Below are positions 1 through 13,900 of a stretch of 64,000 bases of DNA, piece by piece. The notes beneath the pieces are model-generated. The model was not told the DNA's origin and did not search any database. It saw only the letters and a list, made by a program, of their open reading frames with translations. The translations under genes were made by a program, and so were the position numbers. The stretch is from Saccostrea cucullata (Eukaryota). The stretch covers positions 62,001 through 126,000 of the forward strand of contig NW_026919036.1 in NCBI RefSeq assembly GCF_032062105.1, given 5' to 3'. The number at the start of each line of letters is the position of its first letter. The stretch's first letter is position 1.

Positions 1-559
1 TTGAATATTGGCTTGTAACTCAAAATAAAGAATACAAAATAAGCACCTGGACTTGAACAACAATTATAATATATTCATGTATCCTCCTATTTTATTATGT
101 ACCAAGTTCTATTTAAATCAAATAAAACTGCAGGAAGATAAGCATTATAAAAAGATTTTCTCTAATAATATTTATGTATAAGTAGCCATGTCCGCACCAG
201 TTAATTAGAATTATAGTTATTGATTCAGTCCACTTGTGCACCAATCAATTGAACAAGGAGGGAAAGTGTTTAGAAAGAATTCCATATAATATTCTATTTT
301 TAGTAACCATTGCAATATTGTTCATTGAAATTAAAACTGATATAATACATTGTATATTTAGGTTAACTCACACAATTTTAATTCGAGATTAATAGATATA
401 AGAATAAAAATATAGGAGGAAAACGTTTTGAAAGACTTTTACGTTATTATATTTATTAAGTAAAGCGACACCTTGCGGCAAAAATGTCAAAGAAAAAGCA
501 TAACATCATAGTAAAGTTGTCCCCAACTAAAAATAATTTTTCCCGCACCATACTGATAG

Positions 560-720
560 CATAGACGTCGGAAGCAAATTGAAAGTGGGGTGGGGGGGGG
601 GGGGGGGCTAAACCAACGAAAAAAGGTAAGCCCCAATTTTCAATGCTTATATGATTATATTTGAACAAGAAGTGGGAGGGGCTAAGCCCCCCCCCCCCCC
701 CCCCGGCTCCAACGCCTTTG
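560..720. mobile_element. Short non-autonomous DNA transposon (MITE) with G/C homopolymer subterminal tracts
   Basis: Imperfect terminal inverted repeats CATAGACGTCGGAAGC ... GGCTCCAACGCCTTTG flanking poly-G/poly-C tracts; no coding capacity. Confidence 0.5.
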
Positions 721-1771
721 GATAGACCAGACAAAAAATACCAACATCAGACAGATTGACTCTAGGGTCTTTTCTCAGTTTCGATGAACAGTGCAATCGC
801 AAGCTTCACTGTTTCATCCTGTACACCTACGTATATTTACGACCTAGCTTCGTTATCTCGGATTCAAAACCCTTCAGATATGCGAGATTTCGAGACATTA
901 AAACTAAAAAGCTGAAAGTGGAGGAAAGTTCAAACATCCACAACTCCAGCATACCGGGGTATTTAAGATAACAAAGGTTCAAATGCCTATATATTTTCTT
1001 ATCCAGGAGTATATTTTGATTTTTAGTAAATATTGACTTTTTGTTGCTGACCAAAGTATATATACATGTACATTGTAAGTAATTCTTTCTTCCGGGTTCA
1101 ACTTTACACGTAAGGTGAAAATTATCTGGACGGCAACCAAACTATTCCGTATCCTACCTTCCAGTTGATTACATGATTCAGATAAACTGTATAAAAAACT
1201 TTATGTACGTATGACCTCATTAGGTACATGGTTCTTTTTTGCTTCCCCTTCGAGGCCATTTCAACAAACAAGGTAATTAGTCAATTTGTTTCCAAACCAA
1301 CCTGAAAAGAAAACAAGAACACGCTTAGAAACCAAATACATGTAATATCTTACGTATGATTTAATATTGTTAAAAAGCATGTAACTAAGAATGAAATATT
1401 TGCACATATTATTAATTATTATACTGATAACCCTATGGAACATATCTAATCTACCACAGTAAGATTCAGTTCAGATAAACCGACATCGTACGTTTAACTT
1501 TCTTTTGGACCGTATAGAAAAATATGGTCAATATAGTATATATTTGGAAGACCGAGTATCAAACTGTTTTGATTCATATTGTTTTTGGATAATTGGAGAG
1601 GGGTGCACCTGGAAATGAAAATTGAAAGAAATCTGTATCCATCCTTATTAACTTTGTCAATATGTCCTTCGTGATTCGCATATCTTTCCCTAAGATACAG
1701 TAATTCAAAATTAAAAAAAAACTGATTTTAATATATTTTTTAAAAAGTTTTAAAATCATTATAAGACAAGA

Positions 1772-1997
1772 TTGATTGATTGATTGTATATTGTTTAACG
1801 TCGCTCTCGAGAATTTTTCACTCATATGGATACGCCACCACTTGCCGGTGGAGAGCTGCAAATTTTTGTCCTATACTCGGCCCTTAGGGCCATTGAGCAG
1901 GGAGGGATTTTTTTTCGTCCCAGCACCTACTGCGACACGGAACCTGGGTTTATACGGTCTCATCCGAATGACCGGTCTCCACGTCCCACAGTGGGAT
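1772..1997 (-). mobile_element. tRNA-derived SINE, 5'-truncated copy
   Basis: Reverse complement of the body at 17070-17284 (shared CCCACTGTGGGAC, GTGTCGCAGTAGGTGCTGG, GAGTGAAAAATTCTCGAG); (ATCA)n tail reads TTGATTGATTGATTG on +. Confidence 0.8.
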
Positions 1998-2949
1998 AAG
2001 ACAAGAATGAGGTCGAAGTTAATACATTTTTTTCTCCCGAAAATTTCAACTCGATACTAGAGAATCTTCCAACTTTGATTGATATCCTCTAAGTATTTGT
2101 ATTACCAAAAGAGTATAAATTTATTGACATATTTGGTGGTCACAGAGACAGATAATAACTTCGAGGCATAGCGTAAGTAGGCGGTTATTTTTCAAGCAAT
2201 TCAATTTAATCCCTTGCATTCCCCGACATCGAAGGAGTTCAAAATAAAACATAAGAGACATGCTTCTAGTTATCTTGTTCTAAATCTGTTAATCTGTTTG
2301 CTGACCTGCTTTACATTCCAGCATCATCAATGTATGGACACTTGACAATTTTTGTTTACGTTTTGAGCATAGATTATTACTGAATTGTCTTTACATATAC
2401 TCTATCAAATTTACTTTGCATATGCATTTAGCGTATCGGTTAAATGGAGCCTGTACACTTTTCACACTTTCATTTGATCTCTAGAACAGAACAACTGAAC
2501 TAATTTAAACCAAACTACCCTTATACATCGTATATATGCAACTGCTTCTTATAAACGGAAGTCGGCATATTTCCTATATCTTGTAGTTGTAATGACATCA
2601 ACACAATTAGGTTCGTTAATTGTCACTGTAATCCTATTGCTGATATTAAAAGTGCTATATTGACATCATTTATGTAGTTGTATGAATTCCTATGGACACT
2701 AATTGTGCTCTTTTATTAGATGACTTCTTTCAAATCTGTTTTTATTTTGACATCATTCATATGTAGTTGTATGAATTCATAAATGGGCGTTTACATAAAA
2801 TTATCACGCAACTGTGATCATCTTTTTATTGAAAGATGACTTCTTTCAAATGCTGTTTTTATATTCAATACTATGAAATAAAGAAAAATCGGACAAAGAA
2901 GGAAAAATATACTTAAAATAAAGGAGAAAATACTTGTTAAATATGGCCT

Positions 2950-3590
2950 ACAAATCGACATTTTATATAACGACGATGTACTAGGGTATTATCAAGTGAT
3001 CATAATTACCGGTACTTTCACTCATATGTTTATCCCAGTGAACTTGAAATAAGAGATGCTACATATTCTGCAACAGATTTGGACGTTTTACTGATTATAG
3101 ACAACAAGGGACAACTAACAACTATATATTGTATAACAAACAAGATTACTTCAACTTTTCCATCGTCGTGTAAAATATTCCGTCATCACCTGCATATGTG
3201 TAAACATCTGCCAACTTATTCGATAGACGAAAGCATGTTCTGAGTATTATCAATTTTAAATGGGGCAAGCTACTGACAGAAAAATTGATGTTACAGAGCA
3301 TTCAACAACCGGTATTTCGTAAATTCTTTGGTGTTATAATGACCTTGTTAGCAAATATGACCTCTTAATGGGTTGCAATTTGTGTGACTTGTTTCAACTT
3401 GTTAGGCCTTTGTTTTTAAACTTGATTTTAAGGAATATTCCGTCTTCTGATCAATGTTGGAAGCTCAGAGCGTGGAATGCTAACATCCTAGGCACCTGAA
3501 CCCACCTATGGCCACGGATTCGTGTTTTGTACCTGTTTACAGATTTTTATTGTTTATAGACTATCTGAAATCGATTACTGTTCGTAATTG
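2950..3590 (+). mobile_element. Degenerate Penelope-like retroelement RT 3' fragment
   Basis: Frameshifted traces of RT motifs: ST-F-x-Y-x-DDVL (near 2955), YPSELEI, LD-x-LL-x-ID-x-x-GQL, DYFNFSIV, NIPSSPAY, QLIR; 3' motif CCTAGGCACCTGA-CCCACCT that I recall from bivalve PLE ends. Confidence 0.6.
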
Positions 3591-4265
3591 TCACCTACTA
3601 GTATTTATTTCAAAAGAGAAAAATAATTTTCTTTTATGGTGCGTTAGCAATTTTTAGCCAAAGACCCTCTTGTTATCCAATAATGAAACAACTTGGCTGT
3701 ACGGACATGAAGGTGACGTAGAGGCGTGTTAGACGTTGGTATTTTTAATATATCGGTTATCAGTTCAGTTGGTAAATCTATCAAGTCACCACGACACAAT
3801 GAGATAAAAAATGTGAAGGTTGATTTAATTTTTTTTTAATACGTTGATATCAACTTTTGAGCATTTTTCTCAAGTGTGAACATTTATTAAATAAGATTGT
3901 TTTTCAAATAGATCAATATTATACTCCTGATTATTTTTATGTCATACATTCAACACTAATAATTCAGAATAAAAATATGTATGGTAAGACAAATGCGGGT
4001 CAAAACACTACGACTAAGCCCGTAGAAACAGTTTCGAAAGTAAGGAGGGGGACTTCCCTAAAAAGTTTGGTAAGCAAAAATAAATAAATAAATAAATAAA
4101 CTGCTAAGAGTGGGAGGAATTCTCAAAATAATCTGACAAACAAACGAGTTTTTTTTTTTAAAAGTCAAAAAGGCTAATTGCAATTTATCTTATACTGATA
4201 TACTTGTACTAAAAGGTTTTTTTTTTCAGATCATAATATCACTGTCTTTGTTAATGTCGTATTTA

Positions 4266-4460
4266 GAATGGGTTTAAACAAATTACCCAATGCTCAACTA
4301 ACTCAGTTATCTGTTTATTCTGATTTAGTACCATACCTTTATAACAATAAACGTTTTTTTTATTGAATGGGTTTAAACAAATTACCCAATGCTCAACTAA
4401 CTCAGTTATCTGTTTATTCTGATTTAGTACCATACCTTTATAACAATAAACGTTTTTTTT
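4266..4460. repeat. Near-perfect tandem duplication, ~99-bp unit x2
   Basis: GAATGGGTTTAAACAAATTACCC...AATAAACGTTTTTT at 4266 and again at 4365. Confidence 0.9.
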
Positions 4461-6037
4461 TTTCAATAAAAACTTTTTGGGGAACTCACGAATTCGTTTT
4501 ATCTCATGAGTGGGCAATGTCAATGCAAAACAAATATTATGTAACTAGAAAGGTGCATAATATTTTGAGTCAAGAGTTTATCTCTTCCACAGGTGTATCA
4601 ATGTACATATTTAGAACAAGTTATTTATCCACCTGTACCCATTTGATCTATCCATTTTCAAAGACCTAGAAAACTGGAAATTAGAAAGCTAAAACACAAA
4701 TAGTCCTGTTGAAAGTTCAGTACTTATTTATCTCTCCGTCTTCCTCAAACAACTTTGAGTATAAATCGAATACGCTGCCAAAATAAAATTTTGGAAACAT
4801 TTACCATAATATGAAAGCCACAGCAATGGCGACGTCATTAAGTTTCAGCTAAGTCTCTTTAACAGAACAGATTACTTTTTTAAAAATATCTTAAATTTAT
4901 ACATGTATAGAAATACTAGTTTTCAGATTGCCCTAAAGACTATAAAATTTTATGTTTTGATTTTTCTCAGACTGCGAGAGCTGCCTGGTCTAATCAGATC
5001 GAGTTTGTCTTGACCCTGATTGGGTATGCTGTAGGGCTAGGGAACGTCTGGAGATTTCCGTACCTTGCATACAAAAATGGAGGAGGTAAATTGAGGAAGT
5101 GTTCGAAAAAGTAACATTAATTAGTTATAAACATGGTTCTGAGACCTTGTTGTGAGAAACTTTGACTTCTTTCTGATATAATTTATTACATGAAAATTTG
5201 TTATTTGATTAAAAAACACAAGTCTTACAGACATTTTCTCAAAAGGTGTTTGCTTCGTTTTATCAGAAGTGAACGTTTTCTAGTTAATCCATTCATGTAT
5301 ACACCTTTTCTGGTAAATTTTGTCATCATCCACAAAGTGAAGGAAAATCAATTCTGCTCACTTTGACAGGTGCTTTCCTCATTCCATACTTTGTTTGTCT
5401 GGTCCTTATTGGAATTCCGCTCTTTTTTCTGGAATTATCCTTTGGTCAGTTTGCAAGCCTGGGCCCTATAAGAATATGGGTTGTGAATCCGGCATTCAAA
5501 GGTAGGTCATTTGCGGATGTAACTCCTTCTCATACTTCCAAACACCTGTATGTCTGTACAGATCAATGATTCATAAAGTAATTATTTTATTTACAACCTG
5601 TACTTTTAATGCATTTTTTTTTATTTTCAGGACTTGGGTTTGCCATGACAATTATATCAGCATTAATCGCCCTTTATTACAATGTCGTCATTGCTTGGTG
5701 CTTGTATTACCTGTTCGCATCAATGACGTCATATTTGCCCTGGCAGGATTGCGAAAACGAATGGAACTCGTGCAAGTGTATTGATAAAACCAGAAACTTT
5801 TCCAGTCCAGATCCATGGAATGGAAAAAGACCCGAATGCTGTAATGATATTGTGATCATTTGATGTCTAGCTTCAGTTTTTTATATTGCATACAGTGTAG
5901 GAGTGTTCGAATTCTTTACCGTTTCTTGTCGTCTTTTGCAGTGTCCCAACTCGCAGAAATTGTAAACGCTACCAAGAGAACACCAAGTTCCGAATATTTT
6001 ACGTAAGACGTAGATTACTGTTCTTAAAACTTTTAAA

Positions 6038-6224
6038 TACTGTAGATCACTTAATTTTCGAGAGAAATAAACTCTTTTTGAGATAATTTTCACGAAATGT
6101 GTCATTGTTATATAAGCTTAATTAAGGAATTCTATTATACACGAGAATGAAATTTTCGCGAGCATATCCTCTCACGTAATTACGCGAAAATAAAGTTCTT
6201 GCGAATAAAAAGTGATTTACAGTA
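6038..6224. mobile_element. MITE, Tc1/mariner-like ends
   Basis: TACTGTAGATCACTT ... AAGTGATTTACAGTA terminal inverted repeats with TA ends. Confidence 0.65.
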
Positions 6225-7767
6225 TTTCAATTAACGTCCTTTTATTTTATAAAAAATAAAAGGTTTTGAAATAGTCGTGTCTTGTGTTTATAAATAGGGA
6301 GAAAGTACTCGGTTTTTCAATTTTAAGATTTTTAAATACCAAAAAGAGTGAAATGGGATGTGATTTTGTGTAACTTGCTGCACATTTGTTATTTTTTTTT
6401 ATCCAAAGGGTCGGAAAGGTACACAATGCACTAGTACTCGGTCTTTCAATTTTAAGATTTTTAAATACCAAAAAGATATGAATGAAATGTTTTTTTTTAG
6501 GTCCGAAGACTCATATTTTTTGTTATTTTTTTTATGTAGGTTGTGTACTTCACGGCCATTTTCCCATACATCTTGTTGACAGTTTTGTTGGTTCGCGGAC
6601 TGACTCTGAGCGGATCTCATGAAGGTGTGATGTACTACCTGACCCCCGACTGGGACAAACTCACGAAAGCCAGTGTAAGAAAATGCTCCACTTAGACATT
6701 CAAATTCTTACAATTACATAAAGTCGTCGCCATGAAGAAGCTTTTAACGCCATTTACTGGTTTTAAGGTATGGTCTGATGCAGCAGTGCAGATCTTTTAT
6801 TCTCTCAGTGCGTGTTCAGGTGGATTGATTGCGATGGCGAGCTATAATAAGTTCAACAATAATGTCCTAAGGTCTGTTGTATATCCCCCCGAACATTGAC
6901 GATCAATTTATATAGTAAATGAATGTGCAGATATTTCTGTAGTTAGCATTATTATTCTATAACTGTAATTATTATTTCTAGGGATTCGCTGGTTGTCCCC
7001 TTTATTAATTGTCTTACAAGCTTCTATGCCGGGTTTGTGATCTTCTCAGTACTTGGATTCATGGCAGATTATAAAGGCGTCGCAATGGATAATGTTGTGA
7101 AAGGAGGTACCAAAAACAGATGTAATATTCTTGAAAAAAGAATTCTTATTTAAAATGAAAGCACAAGAAATCATGCTTTTAATATGTCTTGTATTAATAC
7201 TATCTCTCCAGTATATAGGAAGAAAAACGTTTTAAATCTTAACATATACAAACTACAAAATTTAATAAGTTTCAAAGCACAACAGATTATCTTAATTCGA
7301 TAACGCAGATTGCAAAATTTAAAGAAAATCATTGGCTCAGTTTTATTTCTTTCTAGGACCTGGACTTACGTTTGTGGTTTACCCAGAAGCCCTTGCGCAG
7401 ATGCAGGTGGCTCCATTGTGGGCTATTCTATTTTTCTTCATGATGGCCACCCTGGGATTCAGTTCTCAGGTTTATTCTAAACTTTTATTTCAATTACTAA
7501 CTATAGCAAAGCAAATATTATTGCTCTCTTGACAGCTTTTAGAATAGAAATTTTCCACTCATAAGGTTATGAGATCAACTTTATAAAGTGTAAAATGATA
7601 TCTTTCTATAATTTTAGTTTTCAATCACGGAGACAGTTATTACAGGGATTGTGGATGAATTTCCGCATTTCTTCAAAAACAAGAAAAGGTTGATTTTGTT
7701 CCGAGCCGGAATTTGTGGCACTGCATTTCTCCTTGGATTACCGATGACTTGCAGGGTAAGCTATATG

Positions 7768-8220
7768 CACTGGCGGATCCATGGGGGGGGGGGGGCTACG
7801 GGAGTTGCACCCCCCCCCCCTTTGGAGTTGTAAAAAAGTAAGAGAGAGAAAAAAGTTCCATTTTTTTGTTGTTTTTTTACTATAAAAAATGTTAAGTGAA
7901 TGGCTAATGTTGTAATATGTAAAGAAATTCGGTTGTGAAAAGTTCAAAACAAAATGAAACCCCACCCCCTTTTAAAAAATAGGATTTTCAGGTTGGAAGA
8001 TTTATTTTTCTTTCTTTTTAAAAACTTTCCATACAAGTACCCCTTCCCAGGCTGATTAACCTCCCACTTTTAAAAACCATACTCCACCCTGTATCCTATT
8101 GAGTTATTTAACTATGTGTATGTGTACAACGTATGTTATAATAACTCTTTTCCCCTTCACCCCTCTTTGAAAAATCCTTCAACCCCCTCCCCCTTTGAAA
8201 AATTTCTAGATCCGCGCCTG
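7768..8220. mobile_element. MITE inserted 12 bp downstream of a 5' splice site
   Basis: Ends CACTGGCGGATCCA ... TAGATCCGCGCCTG; ATATG direct repeat at 7763-7767 and 8221-8225. Confidence 0.65.
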
Positions 8221-10915
8221 ATATGTATAGTCGGGATTTATTAGTTCCAATCTATAGAAATTTGACAGAATGAAAATGATGTTACTTGTTATTTGTTATA
8301 AAATTTGAATTTGATTATTTGATATAAAAAAAACATCTTCAGAACATCAGGGGTCCCGAGTTTACTCGTGTCCAGGACACCTGACGTATCGAGGTCTCAA
8401 GAAAGCAAAACTGAAGTAACAACTAATAGAGAAAATGTTCAACAACCGAATTCACTTACAAACAGGCCCTAATAATCTTCATACTAATCTTAATGAGTAT
8501 ATTTTATGGTTATTAGATTCACAAATGTCCAATATAGCGTAAGAAAAAAGGTATCTTTCTCGTAAGATTGCACTCAATGAGTAATTTTTCGAACACTTTT
8601 GAAAACAGTAGATTTTTTTATTGGCAGGGTGGAGAATATACTCTCAACCTAATGGACACATTCGTTGGAGGTTTCCCTCTCTTATTTGTCGGATTATTTG
8701 AGATCATCGCCATTATCTATATCTATGGTAAGTAGGATTTGAATGTCATTTGTCCATTAAACTGACATAGACATTTGATGTGTGTAAAAGAGTTTAAAAT
8801 TCAAAATTAACAACTTTCAGGATTTTTCCGCTTTAAGAGAGATATCGAGATGATGCTGGGTTCTAACATTGTCATCAACATATTCTTCGGCTACTTTGCG
8901 ACCATGTGGCTGTTGATTTCACCCTTGGCACTACTGGTAAACTCATATGTACTACATGTATCTATTATGAGATAAACTTTCTCAATTTATATATATTGAT
9001 AAATATTTATTCATCAAAGATTGGGCCGACGAAGGTCCATGTGGAGAAACGCTGAACCAAAATCACTATAGACATTTCATAGTTCTACTGTAGATGACAT
9101 TGCAAATAAGATGTACACAGTATTTTTGTAATTTTGTTTAAAATCATTTTTTCTTCAAATATTTGAACTGTTTGATTAGTGTTATTCTACCTGAAAAACT
9201 TTTGATAAATATACTGAGTCAAAAATTACATTTTCGAACAGGCTGTGATAATTTTCAAAGCTATTCAGACCAAACCTGCCACAGACGGAAGTTACGTTTA
9301 TCCAGACTACGGTCAAGCTCTGGGCTGGCTTATGGTACTGGCACCATTGATATGGATTCCAGTCATCTTCTTCTTCGAGGCCTTCAGAAATGGTCTTGGA
9401 AAGGTATGATTTGATTATCTTGTTCTCTATATAAACATTTTCACCCTTTTTTTCTATAGAATAAATAAAATAAAATCGATTGAGTTTCCACTGAAATGTT
9501 CCTTGTGATGAGATGTATGTAAATGGCAATCTTATCTCCGCGAATAACACTATCTTTAGAATATTTGCAGTCGAGAATACTTCCAAGTTTAAACAATTAA
9601 AAGAAATAATTTTTTAAGTCGATAAATATTCTGTCTGAAAACCTGCTGCATTATCAGAATTCCAGTGCAATATCGAATGAGGTTCTTATCATTTTTTTGT
9701 TCTCAAGTTACTGATCAAAATTACCTCTCCTGAAAAGAATTGGGGACCAGCTTTGCCAGAAAATCAGATGGGAAGATACAGCGAACAAAACAAAGCTAGA
9801 AGCGAGATGAAAAACGGAACCAACGGTTACATTAAAAGTCAATCCCAACCTCCAATGGAAAAATACACAGCATTCCAAACTACCGTTGTCACACCAAATA
9901 TGGAAATCACACCAAATGGGAAACCAGTGCAACATACAGTGAAGATAGATCATGAAGAACAGAATGGACAGGCAAGAGATAAAGAAGTAGTGGAAAATGG
10001 AACATCGACAGTGGACCCTCAGGAACCGAATGCTCAGTTCAGTAATCCAACGTTTGAAAATGATGAGGCTCAGGTAACCAATACTGTACAATACTAAGAG
10101 GGACAGTTTTTATGAATTGTCAAGAGCAGTTGTTTGAAATCTCTGAATAGTCAGATGGAAGTGAAACTAACTGTAAATAGATTCCGTTGAGCATTTACAG
10201 TCTCTTATACTTCAAACACATTGTAGATATTTTCATCGACTTGGTGAATGGTTTGCTTTCAGGTTATAGTACCCATATTAACGTGTTGATTCTTGTATAT
10301 CCATGTAACCTCATCAACTTAAGATGTCTACGTGTATATTTTATTTCAAATTCTCAAACAGTTTATCTTATTTCACGTTACCAGTATTTTTTTATTAAAC
10401 TGTTTTTAAAGAATTTATTGTCAAATTCGCCAGGAATAGTCCATAGTATATCTAACACATGAAATTATCTATGTCACTGTGTTGTAATCTCGTTCCCAGT
10501 GTTATGGAAGAAATATACTAAGTACATGGAAAGTATGAAATACTGGCAACAAGATATTCTTTTAAAAGAATGGAATGTTAAACGGAATAATTTGTCCATT
10601 TGTATGTCCAAAACACGTGTATTTGAAAGAATCTTAAAATTGAAATAATTTATATATATTAATATTTTTTGATGAAGCTTCTAAATTCTGCTGATAAATG
10701 TTTAGCTAATTGGAATATTCTTTATTCACATACAACTTATCTTAAAATGTTTGATCTTATTGAATGAAACTTTAATGAAAAAACCCAAACTCACAAATAA
10801 ATAGATAGATCTTTAATTATTATCAAAATTGATTAACTTTAACACAGGAATTCTTCATTTATACATCGTTAGAGTCTATATATATGGAGTTGTACGCTGC
10901 AGGGCAATTTTTCTT

Positions 10916-13900
10916 TCATCTGAATCCAAGGAACTTTTTGATTTTCCTGCTAATACTACTTCTCTTTTTTACAGTTACCTGAAAAGAAAATATGAGAGAC
11001 ACGTGAATTTTTAATTGCACTTACAAATTAATGGGATACAAATGTTTTGTATTGTTATTTACTTTGGATGCTATAATTGCAAGAACTTACCACGTCTTTT
11101 TCTACAGATTCATTTGTAAACGAGTCAAGCACATCAGTTGATTTCTCAGGAATACTGGGGTTTTTTGCTTTTTTGTTTGACTGCAGATTCCACTCACTCT
11201 ATTTAAAAAAAAGAAGTTTTACTCTCAAATTGCTCAAGCATAATAATTAAATTACGTATAAATTATAACTCTTTCCAGTTAATGTTTATACATGTATACT
11301 TCAATGAACGTACCTTAAATTCTACCACTCCAAAAAGAAAGAGTTTTCTAGGAATAAAGCAGCTGTCATTTTCATCTTTTTCATTGCATTCAAACTGTAA
11401 AAAATAATCAAAAAATGAATTAATCCAGTAAATAAATAATTTGTTGCTTATAAAATATATATTGTATAATAACTGGCATTTTATTTTTGTTTTAATCAGA
11501 TGAAATAAACATTTCTCATCTTTTAACCCTTTTAGTTTCATGTTATTAGATTGATTCAACTGTTAGTTGCAAATTGCAAATCTGTACATATTGCATGTTA
11601 TAATACATAGAAAAAGGGACAATTTTAATTGACAAACTAACAAGTAACAACACTAATGATTCTTCAAAAAATGTTTTACATTGTTTCTGTTCTACACCTA
11701 CTAAGACTATTAGTCTTTTCCTTACCTCTGACTTTATCTGCTGTGTTTCCATTTTGCTACATATATCTTTCAAGTCTTTGGTTTCCTTGTCAGTGCCAAT
11801 TTTGGCTTTCAATGGTTGAGACATATTTTGGGTTTTGCTGTTTAATATTAAAAAAACTTCACTTTAGTACCAACATATAAAGGGACATTTAAAAGTAAAA
11901 AAAATATTCCACAACATACAAATGTACAAGTAATTGTGAAAAGGGACTCATTTATCTATTAGGCATATATACATGTAATTTAACATTATTACAATCAAAT
12001 GTCAACAATTGATTATACTATGAAGTTAATACCTGGCATTGTCAGGAGCTATCTCTGGATTTGCTCTGCACTCTTCAGTCACTCTCTGCTGGTGTTCTGT
12101 GTCCTTTTGTAAGGTCTGGTTCAAAATGAAAGACACCTGTAAATAAAATATTCGTATATAAAATTGATACTTTGGGATCTCCAAAAAAAGTTTGTATGAC
12201 ATATACCTGTACTTGCATGTAATTACTCAAGCATTTTATATAGTTATAAACATATAGATTTTATAAATGTATCCATACCTTTGTTTCTCTTTCTTCTTCT
12301 TCTACTTTCTCTGACCAATTGTACCCAAACTTAAGTATTTCTAGTTTTTCCTCCTAAAATTATAACAGCCAAAATAAGATATTTTACAAAGAAACTAACA
12401 TCACTTTAGTTAAGTACATTAAAAGGTAGAAGTTTTCAATCTGGAAAGTTCACGGATAGCTTAAATAGTTTCTAGAAAATGACATTTTTCATTATCTTTC
12501 AGTAAATTTCTTGAATTAAACAGTATCATTAAAACATAACATCAGATCTACTTACCAAATTAGTGACTGGCCCCTCGCCGAAATCCAAGATTGTCTCTCT
12601 TTCATAATAAAAAAAAAAGTAAACATTTAATCTTACATGTAACTTGAAGCCACTGTTTTATATACACTAGATTTACAAATTTTACATTCTAAATAGGAAA
12701 GAAACATTTGAAGGAACAAGTATCCAGTACAAATGTAATACTCAAATAAACTATTTTTCAAAGCTATTTCAGTCTGAGAGAAAAAGTGTTACCTTGGGAT
12801 ATCATTTCTTTCCTCTCTGGGAATCTTTACTTTGGATTTGACCTCCATTTTGTTCATCTGTTCAACTGTTGGTTCATTGCCTTCCTAGAAATCAAATTTA
12901 TAAAATTACACTTAAGGTACATTGATACTCTGATAAAAGAGATAACTCTTAATGACATATATGCCTATTATTCCTTTACATATTTTCCAACTTGAAGTGC
13001 CTTTTTTGTCCAATTTTGCCCCGCAAGCTATGCTATAATTGTTTGTATTTTACATATAAAATACATTTCTTTTGGAAAATCATCAAGGTTCAAGCAACAT
13101 TTTATACATATGTATGAGTGAGCAGAGGGTTTATGAACTTTAAATAGAATGTTTTGCTATAAAGTCAATACCAATGAGATTTACTGTAATCGACATACAA
13201 GATCATTAAATCTTGAACTGTAGTAAAATTCTATTATTTCACACAAAAAATTACGAAGTACTACATATACATGTATATTACTCAATATTACTCAGTATTT
13301 AATTACCAATCACTTATACTCTAATTGACAGTACACATTCAGTTTGTTAAATTAAAATTCAGTCAACCTCAGTCAAATCGTTTTACCTTTGCTTCTTTCT
13401 CTTCCTCTTCAACCCTCTCAGCCCAGGAGTAGGTGAACTGTAGTATTTGTAATTTTTCATCCTAAAAATTTAAGATTCAAAGTTTAAACGGATGAAATCA
13501 TATAGTAAAAAAAAAAAGTTAATAAGTCGGTACTTGATTGGGTTGTATTCGATAATCATATGCATTTAAATCAATACCAACAATAAAAGCATTGTTGATT
13601 ACTATTATCATAACAACATAATTTCTGGGGAAACTTTTTTTTCAGTATTAATTCTTCAAAAATAAATACCTCGAATAAAAAAAATAGATACACCAAAAGA
13701 AAGCAGATCTATGGTTTCCTTACCAAATTTCTCACGGGCCTATCGCCAAAATCCAAGACTGGCTCTCTACAACAGTGAAAGCATGTAATGAAACTTTCAT
13801 ACTGAAAATGTCAAATTTACTGGATGGTGCCAAATGTAAATTTAATGTAACATATTCAATATTTAGAGAAAAAGATAAGTAGTAGAATTACATTTTTCAT

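Larger units (their letters stand above)
4971..10097 (+). pseudogene. SLC6 (Na+/Cl- dependent, NSS family) amino-acid-type transporter, copy A; probably inactivated by one destroyed exon
   Basis: Exons 4971-5085 ([37 protein letters not shown]), 5370-5501, 5631-5840, 5942-6002, [broken exon ~6275-6418], 6540-6674, 6768-6871, 6982-7106, 7357-7469, 7618-7755, 8628-8727, 8821-8936, 9242-9403, 9708-10097, all GT-AG with most sizes matching copy B. Start exon not fixed (candidate ATG AAG|gtgacg at 3707-3712). SLC6 identity is secure; pseudogene status is less so. Confidence 0.7.

Noticed and set aside
756-4850. Candidate start exons for SLC6 copy A (ORF 756-971, ORF 3857-4087, ATG at 4811)
   Set aside because: None is supported by homology; the 4811 frame stops after 13 codons, and the first exon cannot be fixed without transcripts
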